Shown piece by piece: positions 1-9,769 of a stretch of 64,000 nt of DNA (position 1 is the first letter of the stretch; each line of letters opens with the position of its first letter). Location of the stretch: contig CAZQFZ010000001.1 in NCBI GenBank assembly GCA_964592635.1, positions 10,974 to 74,973 of the forward strand. Direction: 5' to 3'. The translations under genes and the position numbers were made by a program. Under the pieces are notes generated by a model. It was not told where the DNA came from and did not search any database. It saw only the letters and a list, made by a program, of their open reading frames with translations. Source of the stretch: an uncultured Rhizobium sp. GTDB lineage: Bacteria; Bacteroidota; Bacteroidia; NS11-12g; UBA955.

Positions 1-714
1 GTGAGAATTGGAAGTTTTGTGGCCACTGTTGTAGGGGTTTGCGAATACCAAGGAAATAATATGATGGGAGGTTCGGTTGACAATGCGGTTTTTATACCTT
101 CAAAATGGGCATTAAGCATGATGCCGTATCGATACTCAAATGAGGTACAAATCATGGTTAAGTCGGCAAACGGTGCCCGATTAGAGGATTTGAAATTGGA
201 AGTGAATCGTTTAATGCGTCAATTCAGAAAGCTAAAACCGAATCAAGAAAGTAATTTTTCAGTAAATCAAATGACCATGATTACCGATGCCATTTCGGGA
301 ATGTTTGGGCAAATACAAAAAATAGGAATCATTATCGGCGGTTTTGCCATGTTAGTAGGTAGTTTCGGAGTTGCTAACATCATGTTTGTTTCCGTAAAAG
401 AAAGAACCCGTGAAATAGGAATCCAGAAAAGTTTAGGTGCAAAAAATTGGTTCATTCGGACTCAATTCCTACTGGAATCTGTTTGGCTTTCAATTGCGGG
501 TGGTGGCATCGGTTTGATTTTTGTTTGGCTTTTACTTTTGGTTTTAGACGTTTTTGCAAAACAATCTATGGGAAATGGTGTTGAATTAAGCTTGGGTTTA
601 GAAGATATTTATATGGGAGTGTTTACTTCTTTTGCAGTGGGTTTGCTCGCTGGATTTCTGCCGGCACAAAGTGCAGCGAAAATGAGTCCTGTGGAAGCCA
701 TGAGAAGTGTTTAA
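1..714 (+). CDS. ABC transporter permease, FtsX-like (MacB/LolE family) C-terminal fragment; 5' end outside window
   Basis: ORF runs off the 5' edge. C-terminal FtsX-type four-TM permease pattern (…GIQKSLGAKNW…, terminal TM hairpin, …PAQSAAKMSPVEAMRSV end) is typical of MacB-type permeases. Confidence 0.65.
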   Translation: MRIGSFVATVVGVCEYQGNNMMGGSVDNAVFIPSKWALSMMPYRYSNEVQIMVKSANGARLEDLKLEVNRLMRQFRKLKPNQESNFSVNQMTMITDAISGMFGQIQKIGIIIGGFAMLVGSFGVANIMFVSVKERTREIGIQKSLGAKNWFIRTQFLLESVWLSIAGGGIGLIFVWLLLLVLDVFAKQSMGNGVELSLGLEDIYMGVFTSFAVGLLAGFLPAQSAAKMSPVEAMRSV

Positions 715-909
715 ATTATCTGAATGAAATTGAGGCACTTAATTTAGGATGTGACAATCATTAATACTTCAATCAGATTGATTAAATAGACAAAGCCATG
801 TGCAAAACATATTTAAATCAAAACATCCAATCAAATGGAATATCCACAATCAAAAGAAATTATAATCGAAAATAAAAACTGAATAATTAATAAATACAAT
901 AAGAAAAAA

Positions 910-3162
910 ATGAATGTAATTGCCCCAAATAGAAGTTTACGCGTTTTTGTGTTGTTCGTTTTGATGAGTTCTCTGTCGGCATTTGGACAAACTAGAAATA
1001 CAGCAGATTCAACATCCCCCGAGAAAAGAAAATTGGATTCTTCCGAGAAAATAAAAGCGGTTGAAATTCGAGTGCAAAAAAATCTAATTGAAAATCAAGC
1101 AGATAAATTAGTTTATAATGCGGCAGAAGACGTTACGAGTAAAGGTGCTTCTGCGTCTGATTTATTGGCGAAAGTTCCTATGGTTGAAGTGGATATGGAC
1201 GGAAATGTGAGCATGCGTGGTAACCGAAATGTCCGTTTTTTAGTAAATGGAAGACCATCTGGCTTGCTCACCGGAAATCCAGCAGATGCGCTGCGCTCTC
1301 TTTCGGCAGATGATATCGAGAAAATAGAAGTGATTACCAATCCATCGAGTAAATACGATGCTGAAGGTTCAGGTGGTATTATCAATATCATCATGAAAAA
1401 CAAGAAGTTGCAAGGAAGTACTGGTAACATGCGAATGGGTTTGGGAACACGATCCGCGCATTTGGGAGGACAATATTCGTATCAAAAAGGGAAAACCAAT
1501 GTGTCTGTGAACCTGGGTAGTCATTTTTGGAGAAGTTGGGGTGATGAAGTAACCGAAAGAATCAACACCAATGCCGCTGGTGAGAGTTTTAAAATGTTGC
1601 AAGTAAGTGATCAAACCAACTGGGGGGGTGGTCCACGTTTAACCGTTGGCCTAGATTATCAGATCAGCGATCGTCAGTCTCTCATTTTTACCGTATCTGG
1701 CAATGGTAGAGTTAGAAATTCATACAACAGTTGGAATACCGAATTGGGGAATATCGATAGTGCTCTTGCTTTTTTATGGTCGCAAAAAACAGATCGGTGG
1801 AACAATGGTTATGGTTATGATATTGGATTTGATTACCGGTTTCAAGCTAAGAAAAAGGGAAGGGAGTTTTCTGTTTCAGGATTAAGTACACAAGGTAATT
1901 CTTTGGATGATTATTGGGCCGACAGGTTAAATAATTCGAGCAAATCGTTTTGGAAAGAACGTAGTCATAATTTAGGAATTAATATTGAAAATTCACTGCA
2001 AATGGATTGGATTGAGCCTTTGAATTCCAACACCACTTGGGAGTCAGGTGCTAAATTCATAGGACGATTGGTCTCTTCGGATTACACGTTCGACAGTTTC
2101 AATTTTAATTACCAAGATTACCGTGCTATAGAAGCTAGAAACAATGAGTTTAACTACTTCCAGAACGTATATGCGGTTTATACTCAGTTGGGATACAACT
2201 TTTTAAAGGTCTATTCGATACGTGTTGGTGCTCGATACGAGTTTACGGAATTTGGCGGTGAGTTGACTAAGCCAGATAATAGTAGGTTTGTAGGGCAGCC
2301 CTATTCGAATATTGTGCCTTCATTTTTAATATCACGGAAATTTGGAATGGCAGGATATATGCGGTTTAATTACAACCGCAGAATTCAGAGACCCAGTTTA
2401 TTTTACTTGAATCCGTACACGAATCTAAGCGATCCATTGAATATACAGCAGGGAAATCCGTATTTAGAGCCTGAAATTGGAGATAACTTTGAATTGTCTT
2501 TTGGTAATTACACCAAAATAGGTGGGTTTGGAATCAATTTCTTTCATAAAAGGGTAGATAATGCTATTGAAACGTACAGAACGGTAAACGAAAATCGTGT
2601 GTATGTAACTACTTACGGAAATATTGGTAAAAATCGCAACAATGGATTCGATTTGAACATGAATTTAAAGGGGAAAGATTGGGGTGTTTTTGTGAATGGT
2701 GGGTTGAGCTTTGTTGAGATTTCTAGTACCGTTGATACTGGCGCTGTGGCTGGTGTTTCGGCGAAAGGTTGGATGTATAGTATGGGTTTAAGAGCCAATT
2801 ACAATATCAATGAAAACTGGGCATTGGAAGCGTTTGGAAGAATCAACGCTCCTACTTTTTCTTTGCAGGGATACACTCAAAACTGGTTGTTTCATTCCAT
2901 CGGCATCAAACGCAGATACAATAAAGATAAATGGGGTTTGGGATTTGGCTTAGATAATCCGTTTACCCCCGTGATTAACTTGAAAACAAAAAATGTGGGT
3001 AACGGCTTCACATTCAATCAAGACCGAAACTTAAATGTATGGGGTGTTCGGGTGAATTTTGATTATAAATTTGGCAAAGTGGAGTCAGAAGTAAAGAATC
3101 CAAGAGAGCTAAAAATCAAAAATGAGGATTTGAAACAAGAAAACGGTCAAAGCGGAATGTGA
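910..3162 (+). CDS. TonB-dependent outer-membrane receptor (plug + beta-barrel)
   Basis: 750 aa with signal peptide. Plug-domain motif 'DDIEKIEVITNPSSKYDAEGSGGIINIIMK'. Long Gly/Tyr/Asn-rich beta-barrel with C-terminal aromatic-rich strands. Confidence 0.7.
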   Translation: MNVIAPNRSLRVFVLFVLMSSLSAFGQTRNTADSTSPEKRKLDSSEKIKAVEIRVQKNLIENQADKLVYNAAEDVTSKGASASDLLAKVPMVEVDMDGNVSMRGNRNVRFLVNGRPSGLLTGNPADALRSLSADDIEKIEVITNPSSKYDAEGSGGIINIIMKNKKLQGSTGNMRMGLGTRSAHLGGQYSYQKGKTNVSVNLGSHFWRSWGDEVTERINTNAAGESFKMLQVSDQTNWGGGPRLTVGLDYQISDRQSLIFTVSGNGRVRNSYNSWNTELGNIDSALAFLWSQKTDRWNNGYGYDIGFDYRFQAKKKGREFSVSGLSTQGNSLDDYWADRLNNSSKSFWKERSHNLGINIENSLQMDWIEPLNSNTTWESGAKFIGRLVSSDYTFDSFNFNYQDYRAIEARNNEFNYFQNVYAVYTQLGYNFLKVYSIRVGARYEFTEFGGELTKPDNSRFVGQPYSNIVPSFLISRKFGMAGYMRFNYNRRIQRPSLFYLNPYTNLSDPLNIQQGNPYLEPEIGDNFELSFGNYTKIGGFGINFFHKRVDNAIETYRTVNENRVYVTTYGNIGKNRNNGFDLNMNLKGKDWGVFVNGGLSFVEISSTVDTGAVAGVSAKGWMYSMGLRANYNINENWALEAFGRINAPTFSLQGYTQNWLFHSIGIKRRYNKDKWGLGFGLDNPFTPVINLKTKNVGNGFTFNQDRNLNVWGVRVNFDYKFGKVESEVKNPRELKIKNEDLKQENGQSGM

Positions 3163-3193
3163 TTTTTTAATAGTTAATTATTATTTTTGTTCA

Positions 3194-3604
3194 ATGGAGT
3201 TATCTGGTAAAGTTATTCAAATACTGCCTAAACAAACGGGTGAAGGCAAAAATGGTCAGTGGGAAAAGCAGGATTATGTGATTGAAACCCAAGGGCAATA
3301 CCCCAAAAAAGTGTGTTTTTCCTTATGGGGAGCGAAAATAGCTACCCACAATATACAAATGGGCGAGTTTATCAATATTGGTGTGGATTTGGAAAGCCGC
3401 GAATACAACCAACGTTGGTACACAGAAGTGAGAGCATGGAAAGTAGAACGTCCTGGTCAACAACAAGGAGGTGCACCAATGAATACCGGAGGAATGAGTT
3501 CTATGTCGTCTAACAATGCCGTAGATCCGTTTGCTACTACCGGAGAAATAGACGATGATCCATTCTCGTCTTCTAGTTCATCTGAGGATGATTTACCGTT
3601 TTAA
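3194..3604 (+). CDS. DUF3127-family protein with SSB-like OB-fold signature and acidic DDxPF C-terminal tips
   Basis: 136 aa. N-terminal 'MELSGKVIQILPKQTGEGKNGQW…YPKKVCFSLWG…RWYTEVRAWKVE' matches my recollection of DUF3127. A Q/G/S-rich linker follows, then 'IDDDPF' and the terminal 'EDDLPF'. Confidence 0.6.
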   Translation: MELSGKVIQILPKQTGEGKNGQWEKQDYVIETQGQYPKKVCFSLWGAKIATHNIQMGEFINIGVDLESREYNQRWYTEVRAWKVERPGQQQGGAPMNTGGMSSMSSNNAVDPFATTGEIDDDPFSSSSSSEDDLPF

Positions 3605-3742
3605 TTTTTCGAATTGATATTTATTTGTGCGGACTGCTAATAAAAAAGAGAGTTTCAGTCACGGGAATCTCATCTTTTTGGCAGGTTCGCACATTTTGTT
3701 TATATTCACGTCTAACCAAGGTCCACACTTTATCATTAATTC

Positions 3743-6700
3743 ATGGGAAAAAGATTTCTACTCAACAATTTCATATTTATTTTAGTACTTTTCTGTTCTG
3801 GTTTAATACAAGCTCAGCAAACATGGTATGTGTCAACCAGCGGAAATGATATTTCCAATAATGGACAATCGGCAGGTGCTCCATTCAAAACAATAGGAAA
3901 AGCACTTTCTTCACTCGGTGGAACACTGGATGCTGTAGTAATAGCACCAGGGAACTACCCCGAAATTGTTTCCGTTGCACAAACAGTTAAATTTACGATT
4001 TCTAATACTGTAAACGTGAATGCTATCCGAATGGTAGGTACTTCTAAGAAGTTGACTATCGACGGGAGTTCAGGTAGTAAGTTGGAAATCAATGATTCTT
4101 TGGGATTATGGCAAGGGGTTTTAGTTGTGACTAAAGCGAATGTGGAATTGCACACCCTCACCAATGCGAAAGTGGCAGGTGGGAATAAGAATAGTTTTGT
4201 AGAACCAGGTTTTTACATGCATCACACCGGCAATAGTACCAAAACTTTCCGGTGGCCGGTAGGTGTGGGTGGAAATTATCGACCTGTTGATTTGGAGGGA
4301 TTCAATAAAACGAATGTACCTGATCGTTGGTATTATGTAGAATTTGTACCGAGTGCAGTTCCATTTTCGGCAGCATTGCCTGCCGCCACTAGAAACATCT
4401 CCGTTTTGAGTCATTGGTTAACCACTACCAATGCTACGGGAACTGAAACCAATGCATTTGAATTGACTTTTCATTTCGACTCAACATCCACAAACGACGG
4501 TGTTTACGATCATACTAAGTTGCAATTATTACAGAATCCAGGTGGAACAACACCGCCGGCTTGGTCTATTGTAAAACAGGGAGGTACTGCTTCACGCAAG
4601 GGAACCATCACTTCGGATGCAACAGTGACCCCTTCTTTGGGTTACTTTATACTGGGTAATAGAAAGGGGAGCAATGGTTCAATTGGTGGGGTTAACACCT
4701 TAGGTTTTACAGATCCTATGGCTAGTTTTGATGTGAACATGTTCAAATCATGTGTAGGAGATACCGTAAAATTCACGAATAAATCGCAAAACGCAGGCAA
4801 TGTAGTGTACCAGTGGACATTCGGAGATGAGGCATACACCGGTACGTCTGCTGGAAAAACATTTCCATCGGCGGCTAACCCAGGACCAAATCCTATTCAT
4901 ATCTATAATCATGCTGGAACGTACACCATTAAACTGAAAATTACGAATGGATTTAATGTAAGTGATGAAGCCAGCATGTTCTTCACTGTAGGAGTTTCTC
5001 CCAAGTTAACCGGATTTAATGGTGTAGAAGTGTATAGATATCCCCACAACGGAAAAGACACCTTCGATGACTTGACCATATGTCAAGGGGAACGATTTTG
5101 GATGATTGACAATTTTGAAACTTCTTTATTAGGTAGCAGAAATCCGAATAATGACGTGGTATCTCAAACTGTTTGGAAAATATTGGGGTTAACTCCAGAA
5201 CCAACCACTACGGTATTGAATCCAGTGGCTTCGATGGATACGTTCAAACAAACCATCATGGTGGCTGGATCATACAAAGTGTTAGCCACTCGAACCACGA
5301 ATCGAGGTTGTATAGCATCTGATGTGAGAGATATTATAATTTATGGAAAACCCGTGCCTGCAATAGATGCCCTTGATCAATGTGAAACGCCCCCCAATTC
5401 GTTGCTCAAAGTAAACAGCATGACGGCAAATCCATACCCTGGACCCACCAATGCTCCCTTAAAATGGATGTGGGATTATGAAGGATTGAGAACTCCATGG
5501 CAAACGTCCAAAAAGGATTGGGTTTTTCAGAATGCCCATCCGGGTCCCAATAGAGTTACCCTCATAGTAGAAACCATTAATGGTTGCATTGATTCAGTTC
5601 CTTACCGAGATGTTAATATTTTCCCGAAGCCTTTCCCAATAATAACACTTTCCGACACCTGCGATAATGAAACTATGGGTGCGGATGCCTCTAAGTCTGT
5701 AGTAAGTTCTGGTGCTACAATAGATCGCTATATGTGGGATTTTAACTGGAGACCACCAGGAGGAAGTGGTTTAATTGATTCGAACAAAATAACAACATTT
5801 AAATATCCCAAAGCGGGTAAATATAAAATTAAATTGACTGTTGTAACACGAGATTTATGTTCTGCTTCAATTTTTCAAGACGTTTATATTTCACCAAAGC
5901 CAACACCCCAATGGGATGTTCAGCAGGTATGTTTTGGTGATTCAACATCATTGCGTCGTCAAATTCAGCGTTGGCCAAATAGAGATAGTACCACCTATTT
6001 TTGGTTTTTAAACAATAAGTTCATCAGCGATGACACCAACTTTAAATATTTGCTTCCCAATCCCGGTTCTTATAATCTAAAGCTTGTAGGTTTAACTTTA
6101 GCTGGTTGTGCAGACTCTATGGTAAGCACCATTCAATCGTATTACAATCCTAAACCTACAATGGGACTCGATTTGACTGTGCCTGGAAACGATACCATAC
6201 AGTGCTTTAATGGACATAATTACACATTTAAATACAGTGTTGGAGTGGATGCTTATGATACGCTTAAATTTTCCAGATGGAATTTTGGGGATGGGGTATT
6301 TGAACAGCCAGCGGTATCTACTACAAAAAATTATTTAACTTCAGATACCTTCAAGGCTTCATTCTATGTTGAGAACATACACGGCTGCAATGATAGTGTA
6401 GTTCAAGAAGTGATAATCAACCCCTCGCCAAAAGCTGGATTTGATTACTCGGGTAAATGTATGCCGGATAGCGTTTCGTTTACAGATACAACGAGCCAGT
6501 CTGCTCGACCTATTGTTTTGAGAGCGTGGGATTTTGGAAATGGCAATTTGGATTCCAATCAAACGCAGCTTAAATCCTATTACAAATCCAAAGGACCATG
6601 GAACGTAAAATACACTCTATTCACTGAGGATGGTTGTGCCGATTCGATTACTAAAGTTTTGGATACACTCGCTGATTATCCCAATGTGGGATGGCAGATC

Positions 6701-7402
6701 GTTTCAGGTAGCATGCCTTTGTGTAAAGGCGATTCGGCTTATTTCTTAATTACCGGAGGAGATTCTATTAATTGGTTAGTCGATGGAGATACAGCTTCCA
6801 TAAAAGGATTTTCAAAAACGGGTACATATCGATTCGAAGTAATCAACGGTGGCGTATGTAAAGGAATGGATTCCGTTCAAGTATTTGCATATCAAGCAGC
6901 AGATATTAAAGCATATTCAGATACAATCATTTACAGAGGCAGACAAGCGAAATTGCGCGTGGACAAAGCCATGATCAATATTCGTTGGTTCCCTGGAGAA
7001 TATTTTGAAGATTCAACGTTGGCCTTAGTTACAACCAAGAGATTAACAGATAGCATGACCTTTTACGTTTCTGCATTGGACTCCAATGGTTGTTATGATA
7101 TCGATTCGGTAATTGTGCAGATTATTGATCCTCCGTTAGTTAAAATTCCGAATATCATTACACCCAATGGTGATCAGCAAAATCAAACTTGGAACTTAAT
7201 CGATATACCAGACATTCATTTGTATGATATTATTATTTCTGATCGTCAGGGTAAACGTGTTTGGGAGTCAAATAACTATCAACACGACTGGTCGGGTCAA
7301 GATCAAAACGGAAATGATGTCCCTGAAGGTGTATATTTTTATTACATGAAAAATCGATATACCAAGGAGATATTTAAAGGATATATACAATTGGTTCGAT
7401 AG
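3743..7402 (+). CDS. Secreted multi-PKD-domain protein with T9SS type-B C-terminal sorting domain (gliding-motility-associated CTD)
   Basis: 1219 aa with signal peptide (…LIQAQQ). Repeated PKD-like modules (…WDFGDG…, …WTFGDE…). C-terminus 'IPNIITPNGDQQNQTW…IISDRQGKRVWES…WSGQDQNGNDVPEGVYFYYMK' matches the type-B CTD (TIGR04131-like). Confidence 0.8.
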   Translation: MGKRFLLNNFIFILVLFCSGLIQAQQTWYVSTSGNDISNNGQSAGAPFKTIGKALSSLGGTLDAVVIAPGNYPEIVSVAQTVKFTISNTVNVNAIRMVGTSKKLTIDGSSGSKLEINDSLGLWQGVLVVTKANVELHTLTNAKVAGGNKNSFVEPGFYMHHTGNSTKTFRWPVGVGGNYRPVDLEGFNKTNVPDRWYYVEFVPSAVPFSAALPAATRNISVLSHWLTTTNATGTETNAFELTFHFDSTSTNDGVYDHTKLQLLQNPGGTTPPAWSIVKQGGTASRKGTITSDATVTPSLGYFILGNRKGSNGSIGGVNTLGFTDPMASFDVNMFKSCVGDTVKFTNKSQNAGNVVYQWTFGDEAYTGTSAGKTFPSAANPGPNPIHIYNHAGTYTIKLKITNGFNVSDEASMFFTVGVSPKLTGFNGVEVYRYPHNGKDTFDDLTICQGERFWMIDNFETSLLGSRNPNNDVVSQTVWKILGLTPEPTTTVLNPVASMDTFKQTIMVAGSYKVLATRTTNRGCIASDVRDIIIYGKPVPAIDALDQCETPPNSLLKVNSMTANPYPGPTNAPLKWMWDYEGLRTPWQTSKKDWVFQNAHPGPNRVTLIVETINGCIDSVPYRDVNIFPKPFPIITLSDTCDNETMGADASKSVVSSGATIDRYMWDFNWRPPGGSGLIDSNKITTFKYPKAGKYKIKLTVVTRDLCSASIFQDVYISPKPTPQWDVQQVCFGDSTSLRRQIQRWPNRDSTTYFWFLNNKFISDDTNFKYLLPNPGSYNLKLVGLTLAGCADSMVSTIQSYYNPKPTMGLDLTVPGNDTIQCFNGHNYTFKYSVGVDAYDTLKFSRWNFGDGVFEQPAVSTTKNYLTSDTFKASFYVENIHGCNDSVVQEVIINPSPKAGFDYSGKCMPDSVSFTDTTSQSARPIVLRAWDFGNGNLDSNQTQLKSYYKSKGPWNVKYTLFTEDGCADSITKVLDTLADYPNVGWQIVSGSMPLCKGDSAYFLITGGDSINWLVDGDTASIKGFSKTGTYRFEVINGGVCKGMDSVQVFAYQAADIKAYSDTIIYRGRQAKLRVDKAMINIRWFPGEYFEDSTLALVTTKRLTDSMTFYVSALDSNGCYDIDSVIVQIIDPPLVKIPNIITPNGDQQNQTWNLIDIPDIHLYDIIISDRQGKRVWESNNYQHDWSGQDQNGNDVPEGVYFYYMKNRYTKEIFKGYIQLVR

Positions 7403-7458
7403 GTTAGAAAAAGAATTACACTCCAAGAAAAGAGAAAATTATTACAACAAAGATTAAA

Positions 7459-7499
7459 TTAGAAGAAGAAACGTACGTTATGAAACTTACTTCTTCTAG
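7459..7499 (+). terminator. Possible hairpin terminator after the type-B cargo gene (weak U-tract)
   Basis: Inverted repeat ttagaagaag…(loop ~21 nt containing the palindrome acgtacgt)…cttcttctag. The downstream T-run is poor. Confidence 0.3.
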
Positions 7500-7552
7500 T
7501 TGAAAAGCAAACACAACAAACAATAATCATACATCGTTTTTGAAGCAATAAA

Positions 7553-8983
7553 ATGAAAAAAATCACCATACTTACCTGCGCAATCATTGGTGCTGTGGGA
7601 AATATCTTCGGACAAATGGGGGCGCGATTGGATCAATTTTATTTAGATCATGCCGCTATCATTCCAGCAGCAATTACCCGAACAAATGAGGGTTATGCAT
7701 CATTGTATTACAACAAGCTATTTATGGATGTGCCAGGAGCACCTCAACATACTTTGTTCAACTCTGCCATGCCACTTCCCAAGTCAAATACTGCATTTGG
7801 ATTGATGTATATGAAGGAAAATATTGCATTTTCTGAAATGCATAATGCCTACGCAACATATGCTTACAACATGGGAATTACGCCAAACTCCAAATTATCA
7901 TTGGGTGTAAGCGTTGGTGTACTTTCTCAGAATTTTGATCCATCAAAGGCCATATATTATGATGAAAATGATGCGAAAATTACAGCATTGATGTTCAGTC
8001 CTCCTGTGGTTAGAGCTGATTTAAGGGCTTCTGCATACTTTAAGACAGATCGTTTTTTTACCGGGTTCTCCGTAACTCGATTGCCACAACCTACCTTCAA
8101 TTATTCGTATTACAATTATGCGGCGAGTTATGATTTGCAATCACAAGCCAATTTCATTATTGGATACGATGCCCCAATTAACGATGAATTTACATTGAAA
8201 CCCGCATTTCATTTGGGGATGTTTAACTGGGATTATATGTATTATCAGTTCAATTTGTCAATGGATTATGACGATATCGTGTGGGCAGGATTGGGAGTGA
8301 ATAATCTGTTACAAGCTGGATTCAATGTAGGATTTGCTCCTCAAGAGGATATCAAAGTAGCGTATTCATATACAGTTCCTAACGGACAGCAAAGTGGAAT
8401 TTTAGGACCGATGCACGAATTTACAACACGCATTGGATTTGCAGCTTTGGGTGCTGGTAAAGGCAAGGGCGGATCTTCGGATGATTCGGATTCTGATTCC
8501 GATGGTTCAAACGGCAGTAGTGATGAAGACGGTGATGGTGACGATAATGGAAAAAGTAAAAATGGTAAAGGCAAGCGAGGAAAGCGAAACAAAGGCGATG
8601 GTGATGAAGACGGCGATGGCGATGGCCAAGGAGTGTCTCCAAGTGAAAACACTAAAAAGGATGTTATCGTGAAACGTATTGAGGATTTGGAGGGATTTGG
8701 TTTTGGAAATGATACTTCAGGGATTCAATTACCACCCATCCCGAAGTTGAAGCCAGAACCAGGATACTATTTGGTGGCAGGTTTGCATGCATCTGAAGAA
8801 AAGGCCAACTTGCAAATTAAATCTCTGTATTTGAAAAAGGTCAACTCCTTTAAAGTATATGATCCGAGAAACAAGAGTTTTTATGTTTTCTTGAAATATT
8901 ACAATAATGAAAAGGATGCCAATAAAGGTACTTTTTACTTTGAAGGTTCCGTTCCCAATGTTTGGGTAAGAGAAATTCGTTAA
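7553..8983 (+). CDS. T9SS membrane protein PorP/SprF family with C-terminal acidic/Gly-rich linker and SPOR-like domain
   Basis: Signal peptide then PorP/SprF-like beta-barrel region (…LDQFYLDHAAIIPAAI…LYYNKLFMDVPGAPQ…AFGLMYMKENIAF…YATYAYNMGI…SLGVSVGVLSQNFDPSKAIYYDENDA). A D/S/G low-complexity segment (DSDSDSDGSNGSSDEDGDGDD…GDGDEDGDGDG) follows. The C-terminal 'YYLVAGLHASEEKANLQIKSLYL…FYVFLKYYNNEKDANKG' is SPOR-like. Position immediately downstream of a type-B CTD cargo gene fits the known cargo-sprF pairing. Confidence 0.7.
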   Translation: MKKITILTCAIIGAVGNIFGQMGARLDQFYLDHAAIIPAAITRTNEGYASLYYNKLFMDVPGAPQHTLFNSAMPLPKSNTAFGLMYMKENIAFSEMHNAYATYAYNMGITPNSKLSLGVSVGVLSQNFDPSKAIYYDENDAKITALMFSPPVVRADLRASAYFKTDRFFTGFSVTRLPQPTFNYSYYNYAASYDLQSQANFIIGYDAPINDEFTLKPAFHLGMFNWDYMYYQFNLSMDYDDIVWAGLGVNNLLQAGFNVGFAPQEDIKVAYSYTVPNGQQSGILGPMHEFTTRIGFAALGAGKGKGGSSDDSDSDSDGSNGSSDEDGDGDDNGKSKNGKGKRGKRNKGDGDEDGDGDGQGVSPSENTKKDVIVKRIEDLEGFGFGNDTSGIQLPPIPKLKPEPGYYLVAGLHASEEKANLQIKSLYLKKVNSFKVYDPRNKSFYVFLKYYNNEKDANKGTFYFEGSVPNVWVREIR

Positions 8984-9009
8984 TTGTCAATAAGTTTGCC
9001 CTGAAAGGA

Positions 9010-9690
9010 TTAACGTCCGATTAGGGCAAAACTGATAATGTTTGCACCCATTTGTAAGGCTAGTTTTCTCTTTAATTCGGAGTCGTTGTAAAGTTCAGCA
9101 TCCTCCCAACCATTGCCTAAATCAGCTTCATAATCATAAAAGCAAATCAGTTTTCCTTTCCAAAATAATCCTAACCCTTCGGCAGGCTTACCATCGTGTT
9201 CATGAATCTTTGGTACACCAGAGGGGAAGTTGAATTTTTGATGATAAATGGGATGTGAAAATGGAACGGGCATGAATTCTAATTCTGGAAAGACTTTTTT
9301 CATTTCTCGTCTAACATAGATGTCCATTCCATAATTGTCGCAGATATGTAAAAAACCCCCACTCAAAAGATAGGTTCTAAGATTTTCGGCTTCTTCATTG
9401 GAAAATACGACGTTTCCATGTCCGGTCATAAATACATACGGAAATTGAAACAATTCATCGGAACCGACTTCCACAATGGATTCTTGGGTTTTGAGCTGCG
9501 TTTTTAAATTTTGGTTGCAAAAAGCGGCCAAGTTTTTGAGTGCTGTTTTGCTACTGTACCAATCACCGCCACCTTGGTACTTCAATCGAGCTAATGATAG
9601 GTTTTGAGTTTGCGCGTTTAACAACTGAACCAACATCCCCAGAAATAAAAATAAAATTCTCGAAAAATTAGACGCGGTTTTTAGGTACAT
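9010..9690 (-). CDS. Secreted hypothetical protein, DUF4159-like
   Basis: Track ORF begins at an alternative TTG. The ATG 11 codons in (MYLKTASNFSRILFLFLGMLVQLLNAQ) gives a classic signal peptide. The 'ARLKYQGGGDWYSS…LKNL' motif recalls DUF4159; the family name is from memory. Confidence 0.45.
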   Translation of the reverse strand: MYLKTASNFSRILFLFLGMLVQLLNAQTQNLSLARLKYQGGGDWYSSKTALKNLAAFCNQNLKTQLKTQESIVEVGSDELFQFPYVFMTGHGNVVFSNEEAENLRTYLLSGGFLHICDNYGMDIYVRREMKKVFPELEFMPVPFSHPIYHQKFNFPSGVPKIHEHDGKPAEGLGLFWKGKLICFYDYEADLGNGWEDAELYNDSELKRKLALQMGANIISFALIGR

Positions 9691-9769
9691 TTTAGATTGC
9701 TTTGAATATTGAACCAAGATCAACGGGTAGCTAACATCGCTAGTTGATGTTCAACCGATTGATGGAAAA

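Noticed and set aside
3625-3849. 74-aa ORF overlapping the start of the large type-B cargo gene
   Set aside because: It is out of frame with the strongly supported 1219-aa CDS and lies within its signal-peptide region, so it is likely spurious.
8341-8672. Three overlapping small ORFs on both strands inside the PorP/SprF gene
   Set aside because: They are artefacts of the GAT/GGT-rich low-complexity DNA that encodes the Asp/Ser/Gly linker. No start or promoter context supports them, and they lie fully within a well-supported CDS.
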